64,000 nucleotides of DNA from Cyanophora paradoxa CCMP329 (taxonomy: Eukaryota > Plantae > Glaucophyta), in contig QPMI01000207.1 in NCBI GenBank assembly GCA_004431415.1, positions 62,001-126,000 of the forward strand. Reading direction: 5' to 3'. Within the stretch, counting starts at the first letter, position 1. The number at the start of each line of letters is the position of its first letter. Positions 23,439-35,923 of this stretch are shown here, piece after piece. Under the pieces are notes generated by a model. It had not been told where the DNA came from, searched no databases, and saw only the letters and a list, made by a program, of their open reading frames with translations. The position numbers were made by a program, and so were the translations under genes.

Positions 23439-23920
23439 GACATTTTCGGGGATGCATCTCAAGAATATCTGAAATTCTGGCGAGCACGAGATTCTGGCGG
23501 CAATTCGGGGCAAGGCGGTTTCCGGTTTCGACATTTTCCCGGAGAAAAGCCAACAATCTCAAGAATGTCAGAAATTCTGGCGAGATTCTGGCAACAATTC
23601 GGGGCAAGGCCCGGCGGCCGTTTCGGGTTTTGACATTTTCCCGTAGAAAAGCCAACAATCTCAAGAATGTCAGAAATTCTGGCGAGATTCTGGCAACAAT
23701 TCGGGGCAAGGCCGTTTCCGGTTTTGACATTTTCCCGGAAAAAAGCCAACAATCTCAAGAATATCAGAAATTCTGGCGAGATTCTGGCAACAATTCGGGA
23801 CAAGGCGGTTTCGGGTTTTGACATTTTCCCGTAGAAAAGCCAACAATCTCAAGAATGTCAGAAATTCTGGCGAGATTCTGGCAACAATGCCTCCGACCTG
23901 GCTTGAGAATTCGACATTTT
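23439..23920. repeat. AT-richer tandem repeat, ~94-102-bp unit, ~5 copies
   Basis: GACATTTT...AAAAGCCAACAATCTCAAGAAT.TCAGAAATTCTGGCGAGATTCTGGCAACAAT repeats, with GACATTTT near 23439, 23530, 23632, 23726, 23820 and 23913. Confidence 0.92.
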
Positions 23921-24162
23921 CGCTGGAGAATTCGATATTTTCGCGCGCCCCCCGGCCCTTGCCCCCCACCAGCTGTGCGTGCAGCCCGCAGCGCCGGCCC
24001 CACCGACCCCCGCCGCTGCCCGGCACGCGTACGCTCTGGGCCCCGGCACGCCTCGCGCGCCCCCCGGCCCCCGCCTCCCCACCCGGCGTCCCCCTCACCC
24101 AGCTGCACATGCAGCCCGCTGGCGCCAGGTACCGGTGCAGGTGCTCACGCAGCCTGGCAGCG

Positions 24163-24490
24163 GGCCTCGAGGGAGTGGTGGGGCACAGGAGGGGCCGGGA
24201 TGGGCCCGCGGAACCGTGCCCGTTCTCCTTCTCCCCAGGGCGGGCCCCGCGCCTGCGTCGGAGCCCTGTGAAAGAACATGTATTATACATGGATTCAGAA
24301 TCTATAAGATCAGCGGGGGGCGCCGGGCGTGAGACACAAGGCCGGCCTCGAGGGAGTGAGGGGGGCACGTGAGGGGATGGGCCCGCGGAACCGCGCCCGT
24401 TCTCCCCAGGGCGGGCCCCGCGCCTGCGTCGGAGCCCTGTGAAAGAACATGTATTATACATGGATTCAGAATCTATAAGATCAGCGGGGG
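24163..24490. repeat. Two-copy direct repeat (~150-180 bp)
   Basis: GGCCTCGAGGGAGTG...GGAGCCCTGTGAAAGAACATGTATTATACATGGATTCAGAATCTATAAGATCAGCGGGGG occurs twice and contains the near-palindrome CATGTATTATACATG. Confidence 0.9.
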
Positions 24491-25119
24491 TGCCCGGGCC
24501 CTAGGGGGATGGCAATGGCGAGACCAGGGCACCATGTGCCATCCACATCCGTTTCTTTTCGAACTGAATATCTTTAGATGGCAATTAGGTTTATTAAATC
24601 AAAGTACATCATAAGAACGACAATCAAGAGGGCTTTCAGAATATATAATAAGGTCGGGGCTCGCAAGTTAACCTAACCCGTAAAAGGCTGCCAAAACGTC
24701 TGACAAGCTCTCAAACCTGACATCTGATCATGAGTCTCCCTCAACGTTTTAACTCTGTCATCATGAAAACTGACCTCGAAGGATGACTACATTACGACTG
24801 AACAACAGCCTTTATATTATACATAAAGACTTAAAAAAAGCCTCATATATCACCCATTCACTGGGCATAGCTTGTTGGAACGAGATTTCGGAAATGATTG
24901 CGGCCGTGCCCTGACGTGCCCCACCATACCCCACCGCCGTGCCCCAACGTGCCCCACCGTGCTCGCTGCCGTGCCCCGACGTGTCCCCTACGTAAACACG
25001 TTACTCTTGAACATCGCCACACGCATGTGAGCCGCGCCGCCGCCTGCCAAGCCGCCTGCGCCGCCCGGCGAGACGCGCCGCCGCCCGCCACGCCCTCGCC
25101 CCGCCCGGCGAGCCGCCGC

Positions 25120-26200
25120 ACCGCCGCCCGCCGAGCCCCTTCCTGTGCAGCGAGCCCCGCCGTCGCGCGCCAGAGCCGCCGCCCCGCCCCGCGGGCCTCG
25201 CCGCCGCCCGCCGCGCCTCCGGCCCGTGCGGCGAGCCCCGCCGTCGCGCGCCAGAGCCGCCGCCCCTCCCCGAGAGCCTCGCCGCCGCCCGCCGCGCCTC
25301 CGGCCCGTGCGGCGAGCCCCGCCGTCGCGCGCCAGAGCTGCCGCCCCGCCCCGAGAGCCTCGCCGCCGCCCGCCGCGCCTCCGGCCCGTGCGGCGAGCCC
25401 GCCGTCGCGCGCCAGAGCCGCCGCCCCGCCCCGCGGGCCTCGCAGCCGCCCGCTGCGCCTCCGGCCCGTGCGGCGAGCCCCGCCGTCGCGCGCCAGAGCC
25501 GCCGCCCGCCCCGCGGGCCTCGCCGCCGCCCGCCGCGCCGCCGGCCCGTGCGGCGAGCCCCGCCGCCGCCCGCCAGAGCCGCTGCCCCGCCCCGCGGGCC
25601 TCGTCGCCACCCGCCGCGCCTCCGGCCCGTGCGGCGAGCCCCGCCGTCGCGCGCCAGAGCCGCCGCCCCGCCCGCGGGCCTCGCAGCCGCCCGCTGCGCC
25701 TCCGGCCCGTGCGGCGAGCCCCGCCGCCGCCCGCCAGAGCCGCCGCCCCGCCTCGCGGGCCTCGTCGCCACCCGCCGCGCCTCCGGCCCGTGCGGCGAGC
25801 CCCGCCGCCGCCCGCCAGAGCCGCCGCCCCGCCCGCGAGCCTCGCCGCCGCCCGCCGCGCCTCCGGCCCGTGCGGCGAGCCCCGCCGTCGCGCGCCAGAG
25901 CTGCCGCCCCGCCCCGAGAGCCTCGCCGCCGCCCGCCGCGCCTCCGGCCCGTGCGGCGAGCCCCGCCGTCGCGCGCCAGAGCCGCCGCCCCGCCCCGAGA
26001 GCCTCGCCGCCGCCCGCCGAGCCCCCTTCCTGTGCAGCGAGCCCCGCCGTCGCGCGCCAGAGCCGCCGCCCCGCCCCGCGGGCCTCGCAGCCTCCCGCTA
26101 CGCCTCCGGCCCGTGCGGCGAGCCCCGCCGTCGCGCGCCAGAGCCGCCGCCCCGCCCCGAGAGCCTCGCCGCCGCCCGCTGCGCCTCCTCCCTGTGCGAC
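25120..26200. repeat. GC-rich minisatellite, ~81-bp unit, ~13 copies
   Basis: GC(G/A)GCGAGCCCC recurs at about 81-nt spacing (25147, 25228, 25309, ...). Confidence 0.92.
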
Positions 26201-27747
26201 GAGCCGCGCCGCCGCACGCCGCGCCGCCGCCCGCCACGCCGCCGCCCGCCGCGCTGCCACCCGGCCCGCTCAGCGAGCGGCCCCATGACCTGTCTATGAG
26301 AAAACTTCTAAGCGTGGTACGAACCGTTGATTTCGGTTGCTGCAAGGCCGGGTCCCTGCATGGATCGCGCTGCGTCAGCATCTGCGCTGTGTCGCCGAGT
26401 CGCCCTGCGTGACCGAGTACTCAGCCCCGGAGACTCATAGGAGACATTGTACCAGAAGTGGCACGCACGAAGCTTTTCGCTCGCTAGCAGCTCGGGCTGT
26501 GTACCGGTTGCCTCTCGCCATATCGCGCTGCAACTACGGTACTCTCGCCGGGGCGCCAGTTCTTGGTACTTTCTGCAACTACGCGCCGCTGCGGCAGTTG
26601 CCGCGCGGTAGTAAGTGGCAGCAGTTGCGGCGCAGTTGTACGCTGCAGTACGCAATTTGTACCGGGGTACACATTCATAAGACCTTCGTCAACGGCACTG
26701 CACAGGCTGGCTTCCTCCAGCTGACCGGGCTGGCTGACGCCCGAGCAGCAGCGTCGAGCCGCGACTCCTAGCGTGCGTTTGCCTCTTGTTTATGCGCAGA
26801 TTCTGTCCTGTTCACGCACATGTCGGACTAACGGACACCTGCCGCGGTCGGTCTCCCGCTGTACACGTGGCTCCAGCGTGTGCCACGCTCCCTAACTAGC
26901 TTTTTAGAGTGGACGGCGATCCTTCCGAGCGCCGAGACGCGAATTCCGTCGCCTTGGCCAGGTCCGAACAGCCGACATCTGCCTAATCCGTGCCCAACAG
27001 GCCTTCCTGACCATCGGAATGCGCATTGATTGTGCTACTGTGCGCAGGAGCCCTCGGTTGTGCAGGTCCGCCTTGATCTTGTTGGGACTTCCGTTTGCAG
27101 GCCCGAGGCTTGCCCATAAGGCCCTACTGGACATCAATGATGATCTGACTTCCGAAGTTCGCTGTGCAGGAGCCTTCGGTTGCTCACCCGCGTTCCGCGT
27201 TCGGCGGTCTCTCTGGCTCCAGGTACGCTCGCGCCCCAGGGCGCGCCGCGCTTACTAGCAGTGTGTTCCATCCTATTTCTAGCCTATCGGCTTGCAGACC
27301 CTGAGAGCCGCTGCCGCCCCGCCCCCTCGCCCGGAGCCGCTTGTAGTGACTTCCCGCGTGCAGGTACCTCTGGCGACACCCCGGCGCGCGCGCCAAGGTG
27401 CAAGTGGCGGGCGACAGTGCTACATACAGCCCGTTTAGCTTGTAGATAGCTAGCTACGTATCTGTAGCTTAGTAGCTCGCTAGCTAGCTAGCTAGCCGTG
27501 GTTGTACAATTGATACCGTAGTACTGGATCTTGTTGCAGGGCGCGGGTGCGGGATGCAGGTGCGGCGCGGCAGCAGGCGCAGGTGAGCACGAGATGAGCG
27601 CGAGATGAGCCCCTAGATGAGCACGAGATAGGAAAAAAAGGAAAAAAACTCATCTCGTGCCCACCTCGATGTGTCGTTTTGCCCTAGATGAGTGCGAGCT
27701 GCATCTAGGGGTTTTACCTAGGTGAGCCCTAGATGACCGGGCCTGTG

Positions 27748-27994
27748 AAGAGGCTCGGGAGTCGCTCGCCACTTCGCTGCGCGAGCTGCGATTCGACATC
27801 GAGGGCCGCTCGCGCTTCCTCCTCGAGCACACTGCTCACTTCGCGCGCGATATCCGGTGCCAGCTTCGAGGTGCCCTTAGTGGCCAGTCCGTGGCGGGAA
27901 CGGGCGAGCCTCCGGGCACGGCCCGCACCTTTGATCTTTCGATCTTAAGCCCGTAGGGTAAGTAGACCTAGGTTTCGATCTCGAGCTTCGGCAT
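27748..27994 (-). pseudogene. Detached 5' end of the ankyrin-SET gene
   Basis: GTSKLAPDIAREVSSVLEEEARAALDVESQLAQRSGERLPSLF joins in frame to EELVCAGA... beyond the left TIR once one AAG is removed. The putative first exon MPKLEIET*VYLPYGLKIERSK contains an in-frame TAG. Confidence 0.65.
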
Positions 27995-28222
27995 TCGATT
28001 TCGATTTTCGACGTCGCTTGCCTATCTGTCTGAGCCCTTACGATTCGACCGGCGGCCCACTGCTTGCCAAACAGCTACTAGGGCTAGTCCAGATGTCGTT
28101 GGTCGTGTCTGAAATGCACACTGCTCACTGGCACCCGTACCCCTCCCACGATTCGTCCCCCCTGTCCCACCTCCTTGTTGGCTTCTGGGACTGCGCAAGG
28201 CTGCGGGGGCGCTTCCGGGGAG

Positions 28223-31200
28223 ATGGGGCCACCGAGCGGAGAGCAGGTGCTTGCTAGGAGTTCCGCGCCGTGTGCCAAGCGCTGCCGCTGTCGCGCGGTG
28301 AGCGAGTCGCGCCGACCGCACGCCCGCGCAGGAGCTCCGCCTGCTTAGGCCGCCAACGGACGCTCCAGGACCCGCCGCTTCAAACCGAACTCCGACGCCC
28401 GGACCGCCGGCGCCGGCGATCCCACAGGAAGCGGCGGTGGAGATTCGCAGCCTCGAGGGCTACCAGGCAAGTGTGCCGCGCTTCGTTCTGTTCGTGCTCG
28501 GCTGCATCTGCACGGGTGGCATCCTCGGCATCGTCTGCACGTGGTTTCCTCAGCTCTTCACACGGCTCTGCCGCAAGGCATGCCCCGTCGCCGTCGCATC
28601 CCACATTCTCGTCGAGGTGAGCCCGCTCGGCGCCGGCCGTGCAGACCGCGGCGCCTCCGTTATCCGAACTGATCTGGTTTGCGAACACCAGGGCACGACG
28701 GGCAGGCGCATGGAGGTCCCCGTAAAGCACATTGTCGTGCAGGACGACGACGACGTGCGCCGCATCGGGCTGGCTCGGCTTGTGGCGTTCGGGCTGCGGC
28801 TGAGCCCGTGCGGGCGCAGGACGTGCCGCGGGAGCACCGCTTCATAGACTTCTGCACGGTACGGTACATCTGGCGGGCCGGCGCCTTCCAGCACTGCGAG
28901 TACGACACCGCCATTTCGTACCGAAAAATCGACGGGATGCGGGGCGGGCTGAGCGGGGAGGAGCACACGCGGCGGGCGCGGATGTACGGGACGAACCTGA
29001 TCGACATCCCCATCGAGCCGGTGGCGGCGCTGCTCTTCACGAAGTGCGTGCACCCGTTCTACCTCTTCCAGGTCTTCTCCGTCATACTCTGGTACGCCGA
29101 GGCGTACAGCTTCTACGGTGCGCCGGCACGCGGCGAGCGGCGCCGCCGGACACGCGCCGGCGGGGCGCTGACTGAGGGCGGGCAGCGACGACGATCCTGC
29201 TCTCGTCGGGGGCGTCGGTGGCGTGGGAGGTGTACCGGGCGCGCTCGAACGCCCTGGACCTGCAGAAGGCCGCGCACCACGACCTCGCCGTCCGCGCCCT
29301 CCGCGACGGCAAGGGTCCGCCCCGCCCCCGCCCCCCCTCGCCCCGCTCGCGCCGCGCGGCGGGGCGAGCGGGCGCCGCAGAGGTGACGATCTCGTCGCGG
29401 GAGCTGACGCCGGGGGACGTGGTGCGGGTGGAGGCGGACGCGCCCGTGGCCGCCGACATGGTCCTCCTCTCCGGCGAGTGCGTCGTCGACGAGTCCATGC
29501 TCACAGGCCCGCCCCCGACCCCGCCCCGCCCCCCGCTTCCGCCGCCCCCTCAACCCCCCCCCCCCCCCCCCCCCCCGCAGGCGAGTCGACGCCCCTGGCG
29601 AAGCAGGCGCTCCCCTGTGCGGAGAAGCCGGACGAGGTGGCCTGCGCGCCGGCCTCGCCGGGGGGGCGCGCGGGGGCGAGCGGGAGCGGGGCGGGCAGGT
29701 GTACGCGGCGGAGCGGCAGAAGACGTGCTCCCTCTACTGCGGCTCCCGCGTCCTCCAGGCCAGGGGCGCAGCCGGCCAGCCCCCGACGGCTCTCGTCATG
29801 CGCACAGGCTTCTCCACCGCCAAGGGCCAGCTCTTCCGCACCATCCTCTTCCCCCGCCCCATCCGCTTCAAGGCCCGCGCCCCGCCCGCGCCGGCGCCCC
29901 GCCGGCGCCCCGCGCGAGCCGGGCGCAGTTCTCTGAGGACTCCTACAAGTTCCTCGCCTTTATGGCCGTCGCCGGTGCGGGGCGCGGGGCGCGGGGCCGG
30001 CTTCGGGGCGCGCGACGGGGCGGCAGCGGTGACGCTGTGCGTTGTGAACGTGGTGATCAAGATGCAGCGCGGCTCCGCCTCTCTCGGGGACATCATGCTC
30101 TCCTCCCTGTCCGCCGCCCCTGCCGCCCCGACCCGCCCCGCGCGCTCGCTGACGGGGCGCAGGGACCTGATCACGATCACGGTGCCGCCGGCGCTGCCGC
30201 TGGTGCTTACGATGGGCACGGGCTTCGCGCTGGGCCGCCTCAACCGCCAGCGCGTCTTCTGCATCGCCCCGCAGCGGTGCGGGGGCCCCGGGCTGGCGCC
30301 CCCGCGGGGCGGGCCTGACGGGGCGCAGCATCAACTTCGCGGGGCGCATCGACACGATGATGTTCGACAAGACGGGCACCCTCACGTGCGCCCCGCCCCG
30401 CCCGCCCGCCCCCTCCCCCTCGGCGGGCGAATCGGCGGGGGCAGGCACGACAGCCTGGACTTCTACGGGGCGCACGGGGCGGAGGAGGGGCGGTTCGGGG
30501 CTGTACGGCGGGAGGTGGGGCGGGGCGACGCGGCGGACCCGATGGTCCAGTTCATGGCCACCTGCCACGCCCTCGTGCGCCCCCGCCCCGCCTCGCCCCT
30601 TCCCGCCCCGCGCTCCGCGCACCGCCCGGCAGCGACGGCGGCGCAGGTGCGGGTCAACGAGGAGGTCGTCGGGCACCCCGTCGACGTCAAGATGTTCCAC
30701 ACCGCCGCCTGGGTCCCCCCGCCCCGCCCCGCTCCGCCCCGCCCCGCCAAGCCGAGCCGAGGCGCCGGCGCAGGAGATGCTCGAGGCGGACCGGGAGCAG
30801 GATGCGGAGCGGAGCGCGCTGGCGGTGATGGCGCCGCCGGGCTCGGGGCGGGGCGGGCGGCTGACGACGCTCGTGCTGCGGCGCTTCGAGTTCGACGTCC
30901 GCATCCAGCGCTCCTCCGTCCTCGTCCGCGTCGGCTCCGGGCCCTCCGCCGCCCACTTCGCCCGCGTCAAGGGCTCCCTCGAGGCCCTCCGGCCCCTCTG
31001 CCGCCCCGACTCCCGTCCGCCCCGCCCCGCCCGCCGCCCCTCCCTCGGCCCGAGCCGGGGGCCCGCAGTGCCTCCGGACCTGGAGGAGGTGATGCGGGGG
31101 TACACGCGCAAGGGCCTGTACGTGCTGGCCTGCGCGGAGCGCGCCCTCCCGGCCCTCGACGACGCCGCCGCCGCCACCTTCAAGAGGCGCGCCTTGCTGG

Positions 31201-33563
31201 TCCCTTCGCGCGGGGGGCGGGGCAGCGGGGTGACGGCGGGGCGGGGCCAGGGAGGAGGCGGAGGCGGGGCTCACCTTCCTGGGGCTGCTGCTGCTGCAGA
31301 ACTCGCTCAAGGCCGAGTCGCCCGGCGTCATCAAGCAGCTCCTCGACGCCCGCATCCAGCCCCTCCTCGTCGTCCGCCGCCCCACCCCGCCCCCGCCCCG
31401 CCCCCGGCGCGAGGCGGGCGGCAGACGGGGGACGCGGCGCTGACGGCGGTCTACGTGGCGCGGGAGCTCGCCCTCCTCGAGCCCGGGCCCGTCCTCCTCC
31501 TCGACGCCCACAAGGGCCAGCCCGCCCCGCCCCCCGCCCGTGCGCCGGGGGCGAGCGGGGCGCAGGGAAGCTCACGTGCGCCGACGTGGACCGCCCCGAG
31601 GAGGCCCTCGACATCGCCCCGCTGCTCGTCCGCCCCGCTCCCCCTGCCCCGCCTTGCTTGCGAGGCCCGCCGACGCGCGCGCAGGAGGGGCCCCGCGCCG
31701 GCTGGGAGCTCGCCGTCACGGGCGCCGCGATGGCCGCCATGGGGCCTGGCCCGACGCTGGAGAAGGCGCGCCCTGCCGCCGGCCGGGCGCCCGGGCCGCT
31801 CACAGTGCGGCAGGTGGTGCGGCGGGCGAAGGTCTTCGCGCGCGTGCTCCCCGAGCAGAAGGCGCTCATCGCCGAGACGCTCATCGAGGCGCGCCCCGCC
31901 GCCCGCGCCGCGCCCCGCCGCCCCCCCTCAGGCGGCCGGCGGCGCAGGTCCACGGCAAGTTCGTGGGGATGTGCGGGGACGGCACCAACGACTGCGGGGC
32001 CCTCAAGGCCGCGCACGTGCGCGCCAGCGCGCCCCGGCGCTCGTGAGCGGGGGCGGGGCTCAGGGGGGAGGGGGCGCAGATCGGGCTCTCGCTGTCGGAG
32101 GCGGAGGCGTCGATCGTGGCGCCCTTCACGAGCGCCGACCGCCGCGTCGCCGCCATCGTCGACCTCCTCCGGCCCGCCCCCCCGCCCGCCGCCCCGCCCC
32201 CCCGCCCGGGCCCGCCTCGACGCTGCCTCCAGGGAGGGCCGCTGCGCGCTGACGACGTCCTTCGTGGCGTTCAAGTACATGGCGATGTACCCCCTGATCC
32301 AGCTCTTCATGGTCACCCGCCTCTACCTCATCGACCACACCCTCGGCGACTGGCAGGCCCGCCCCGCCCCCCCCGCCCCCCCGGGCCCCTCTGACGCGGC
32401 GCAGTACCTCTTCGACGACCTCGCCCTCGTGCTGCCCCTCGGCGCCCTCAGTGCGCAGGCCCCGCCCGCCCCGCCCCGCCCCGCCTTGCTCCAGCGCCCC
32501 CAACGCCGGGCAGTGTGCGCGACAGGCCCGGCGGGGACGCTGGTGCGGGATCGGCCGGTGGGGAGCCTCTTCAGCCTGCCCATCGTCGCCTCGCTGGCCG
32601 GCCAGATCGCCCTCACGCTGGTCTTCCTGGCGGCGGGGAACCTGCTGCTGGCGAGCCACGCGGCGCGCACGCCGGAGCTCTACTCGCAGTCGGCGGAGGA
32701 CGGGGCGCTGCTGCGGGACGGCATCGCGTGCCCGCCGGAGATGGGCAACGAGGTGTGCAGCTACGAGAACACCGTCTCCTGGGCCTACGCCCACTTCCAG
32801 TTCCTCTCCATCGCCCTCGCCTTCTCCGTCGGCAAGCCCTTCCGCCGCCCCTTCCACTCCAACCGTGCCCGCCCCCGCCCCCCCGCCCCCGCCCCCGCCT
32901 GACGGCCGCCGGCCGCAGTGCCGTACGCGCTCCTGTGCGCGGCGGTCTTCATCGTACTGTCCCTCATCCTCCTGGCCCCCAACGCCATCTCCAACCGCCT
33001 CTTCCTCACCCTGCCCCTCCCCGCCGACCTCCGCTGGGGCGCGTGTCCCCGCCCGCCCGCCCTCCCCCCCGCTCGCGGGGCTGAGGGGGAGGGCAGAGCT
33101 GTACGGGCTGGCGCTGGCGAACTTCGCGGCCTACTGGCTGTGGGAGTACCTGGTGATCGCCGTCGAGGGCTGGCGCCAGGGCCGCCACCTCGAGAAGCTC
33201 GCCGTCCTCGACGCCGGCGTGCCCGAGCTGCCCCTGCCCGCCCCCGGGGGCGGCGGCGGCCCGGGCCTCCGCGAGGCCGTCGCGCAGGCCTTCGTCCGCT
33301 CCACGAGCCCCACCCTCCAGTGCGCCCGCCCCGCCCCGCCCCGCCGGCGTGTGAGAGAGGCGCAGCAGGGCGCTGGTGGCGGCCGCGCCGGGGATCTCGG
33401 TGATGCCGGCCAACGCCCCGCCCGGCGGCCTCGGGCGCATGGCCGCCGGCTACGCGCCCCTCCCGCCCCGCGCCGGCGACGAGGAGGCGCCCGGGAGGCG
33501 CCCCGCCCCCGCCCCCGCCGCCGTCCCCGCCCCGGGCACACCGACAGCGACCTCGAGATATAG
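28223..33563 (+). CDS. P5B-type P-type ATPase (ATP13A2/Ypk9-like, polyamine transporter family), about 28 introns
   Basis: PFYLFQ, DESMLTGES, PPALP (P5B signature), FDKTGTLT, KGSLE, TGDA, FAR..PEQK, MCGDGTNDCGALKAAH and EASIVAPFTS. The 3' end needs one indel correction. Confidence 0.93.
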
Positions 33564-33662
33564 CGCGCGCCCCGCGCCGCCCCGCCCCTGCCGCCGGCGG
33601 CGCGACGTGGGACACAGCAGAGGGAATGCAGAGAACGGAGAGAGGGGAGAGGCGGGGGCGGG

Positions 33663-35761
33663 TCACTCGCGCTTGGGGCGGGCGGGGGCGGGGGCGAGGA
33701 GGGCGTCGTACTCGGCGCGGAGGGCGGCGGTGGCCTTGGCCCAGCCCCAGCGCTCGGCCTCGGCGCGGGCGGCGCGCCCCATGCGCTCGCGCAGGGCGGG
33801 GTCGGCGAGGAGCGAGTCGAGGGCGGCGGCGGCGGCCTCCGCGTCGCCGGGCTCGAAGAGGAGGCCCGTGGCGCCGTGCTCGACGATGTCGGGGAGGCCG
33901 CCGGCGCGGGCCGCCACGACGGGCACGCCGCTCGCCATCGCCTCGAGGGCGACGAAGCCGAGCGTCTCGCTCTCGCTCGGCATGAAGAGCACGTCCGCCG
34001 AGGCGAAGGCCTCCCACAGGGGGCGCCCCGTGAGGAGGCCCAGGAAGCTCGCCCGGCGCCCCGCCAGCTCCCGCTCCGCCTGCGCCCGCTGCGGGCCGTC
34101 CCCGACCAGCGCGAGCCGCGCCCCCGGCGTGCGCAGCCGCTCCATCGTCGGCCCCAGCAGGTCGATCCGCTTCTCCGCCCCCAGGCGCCCGATGTACGCC
34201 ACGATGGGGTCGTCGGCGCCCTCCTCGCAGCCGGCGAGCCGCGCCCGCGCCTCGCGCCGCCGGTGCCGCGGGTGGAAGGTCTCCGTGTCGATTCCCCGCT
34301 GCGCCGGCCCCCGCTGAGCCCGGGGGAGGACGGGGCGAAGGGTGGCGCGGGGGAGGGGGGCGCCTGCCAGACGTGGACGCGGGGTACGCCCTCGCGGGTG
34401 AGCTCGGCGGCCATCGCGTCCGACGTCGCCAGCGTGCGCGCCGCCCGCCGGTGCCACAGCCTGCGCCCCCCGTCGGCACACGCGGGGCGGGGGCGGGGGC
34501 GGGGCGGGGGCGGGGCGGGGCGGCGGTGCGGACCGGATGAGGGCCCACATGGGGTGGACGAGGAAGGCGAAGGTGTAGTCCGGGATGTAGCGCGGGATGT
34601 GCGTGTGGTACGAGAGCACCTGCCGGCCCCGCCCGCTCGCCCCCGGCTGGCGCGCGGGGCGCCAGGGAGGGCGGGGGCACCAGGGGGACGCGGAGGAGGA
34701 GGGAGTAGAGGAGGGAGGACCAAACCATGACGCCCGGGGTCGCCACGTGCAGCACGTCGGGCTTGAACTCGCGCAGCCGCCGCCACACGCTGCCCGCCCC
34801 TGAGGCCCCCCGCAGGCCCGGAGAGAGGGCGCGGGGCACCTGGGGCGGAGGCCAGTGGAGAGGCGGTACCCGTCCACGGGGTAGAAGATGAAGACGAAGC
34901 CCGGGATCTGGTGCACCTGCGCGCTCGCGTGCTCAGGGCCTGCAGGGGGGCGGGGCCGGGGCGGGCGGGCCTGGGCGCCGTGGTAGTCGGTGACGGAGCC
35001 GACGTTGGCCTTTGTCTCGGGGCAGATCACGAGCACCTCGTCCCCCGCCGCCCGCAGCTCCCGGATCGTGTTCTGGAACCTGCGGCGCGCGCCCGCTCAG
35101 CGGGGCCGCAGCGCGCGTCCGCCGCTGCTCGGCGCGGCGCGCGGGCGCGCGCGCGCCTGGAGGTGAGCCCGCAGATGTGGTTGAAGGGGGACGGCTCGAC
35201 GAAGAAAGCGATGCGCTTGCGCCGCCCCGAGGGCCCCGCCTCGCCAGCGCTCCCCGCCGCAGCCGTGATGTGCCGCTCGGTGCTCTCCAGCGCCTCCTGG
35301 AGGTGCTCCACTTGCTCCATCGCATCTACCGCGTGCTCCGCGCTCGCTGCGACCTCCGGCTCCGCCGGCCGCTGCGCCTCGGCACGCGGCGCCGGCACGC
35401 CGCTCGCCGCCGCGGCCGGCGCGAACATCCAGCCGCGCGGCGCTCGCCGGAGCCCTGTTGCCGCGTCCCCGCCGGCTAAAAAGCGCCGCGACTGGCGTTG
35501 GAGCCGGGGGAGCGGCCTGCGCGCGGATGCGGCATCGAATCTGCGGCCGGCTCGGCGCCCGCGCGGAACGGGCCGACGCTGCGCACCTCCTGCAAGAACA
35601 CTCTTGCGGCGACGCGAACGGGCCCGCGAGCGCGGGCTTGGTGCCTCCTTCAAGCGCCCAGCAATGCTTCAGCGCTGGCGGCGGCTGCCGGTAGCAAGAG
35701 GCATGATGCACGCACCTCGAGGCTGGAAGGCGCCCCAGGGGCCGACGAACGCCGGCACCAT
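33663..35761 (-). CDS. SQD2: Sulfoquinovosyldiacylglycerol synthase (GT4), probably plastid-targeted
   Basis: FFVEPSPF, PDVLHVATPG, SYHTHIPRYIP, GRLGAEK and FMPSESETLGFVALEAMASG. N-terminus MVPAFVGP followed by an Arg/Ser/Ala-rich extension; the frame there is uncertain. Confidence 0.88.
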
Positions 35762-35923
35762 GTAAAAAAACGTTTGGGGGTACGCGGTGTGAGTCGGCTT
35801 GCAATGTGCTTGGCTTGAACTTGGGAGCTCGCGAGCTTTAGCTTGAGCTTGAAGCTTGAGCTTGAGCTTGCGGCCTGGGCCCCTCAATTGCAAATTGATC
35901 CGCGTAGGCAGCGAGCGCAGGCG

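Larger units (their letters stand above)
21985..27747. mobile_element. Non-autonomous DNA transposon, CAC-terminal with a 3-bp TSD (CACTA/CMC-like)
   Basis: Perfect 21-bp TIRs CACAGGCCCGGTCATCTAGGG (21985-22005 and 27727-27747). TSD AAG at 21982-21984 and 27748-27750. Subterminal CTAGATG/GAGATGAG repeats occur in both orientations at both ends. No recognisable transposase. Confidence 0.88.

Noticed and set aside
23439-23920. Regular repeats resembling a CRISPR array
   Set aside because: Whole units repeat with no unique spacers, there are no cas genes, and the context is eukaryotic.
23383-24865. CACAGTG heptamer (23383) paired with CACTGGG (24859) as a nested Transib/RSS-like element
   Set aside because: The match does not extend beyond the imperfect heptamer and the flanks show no 5-bp TSD.
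24858-26412. ~500-aa ORFs on both strands
   Set aside because: They are translations of the 81-bp minisatellite with no domain content.
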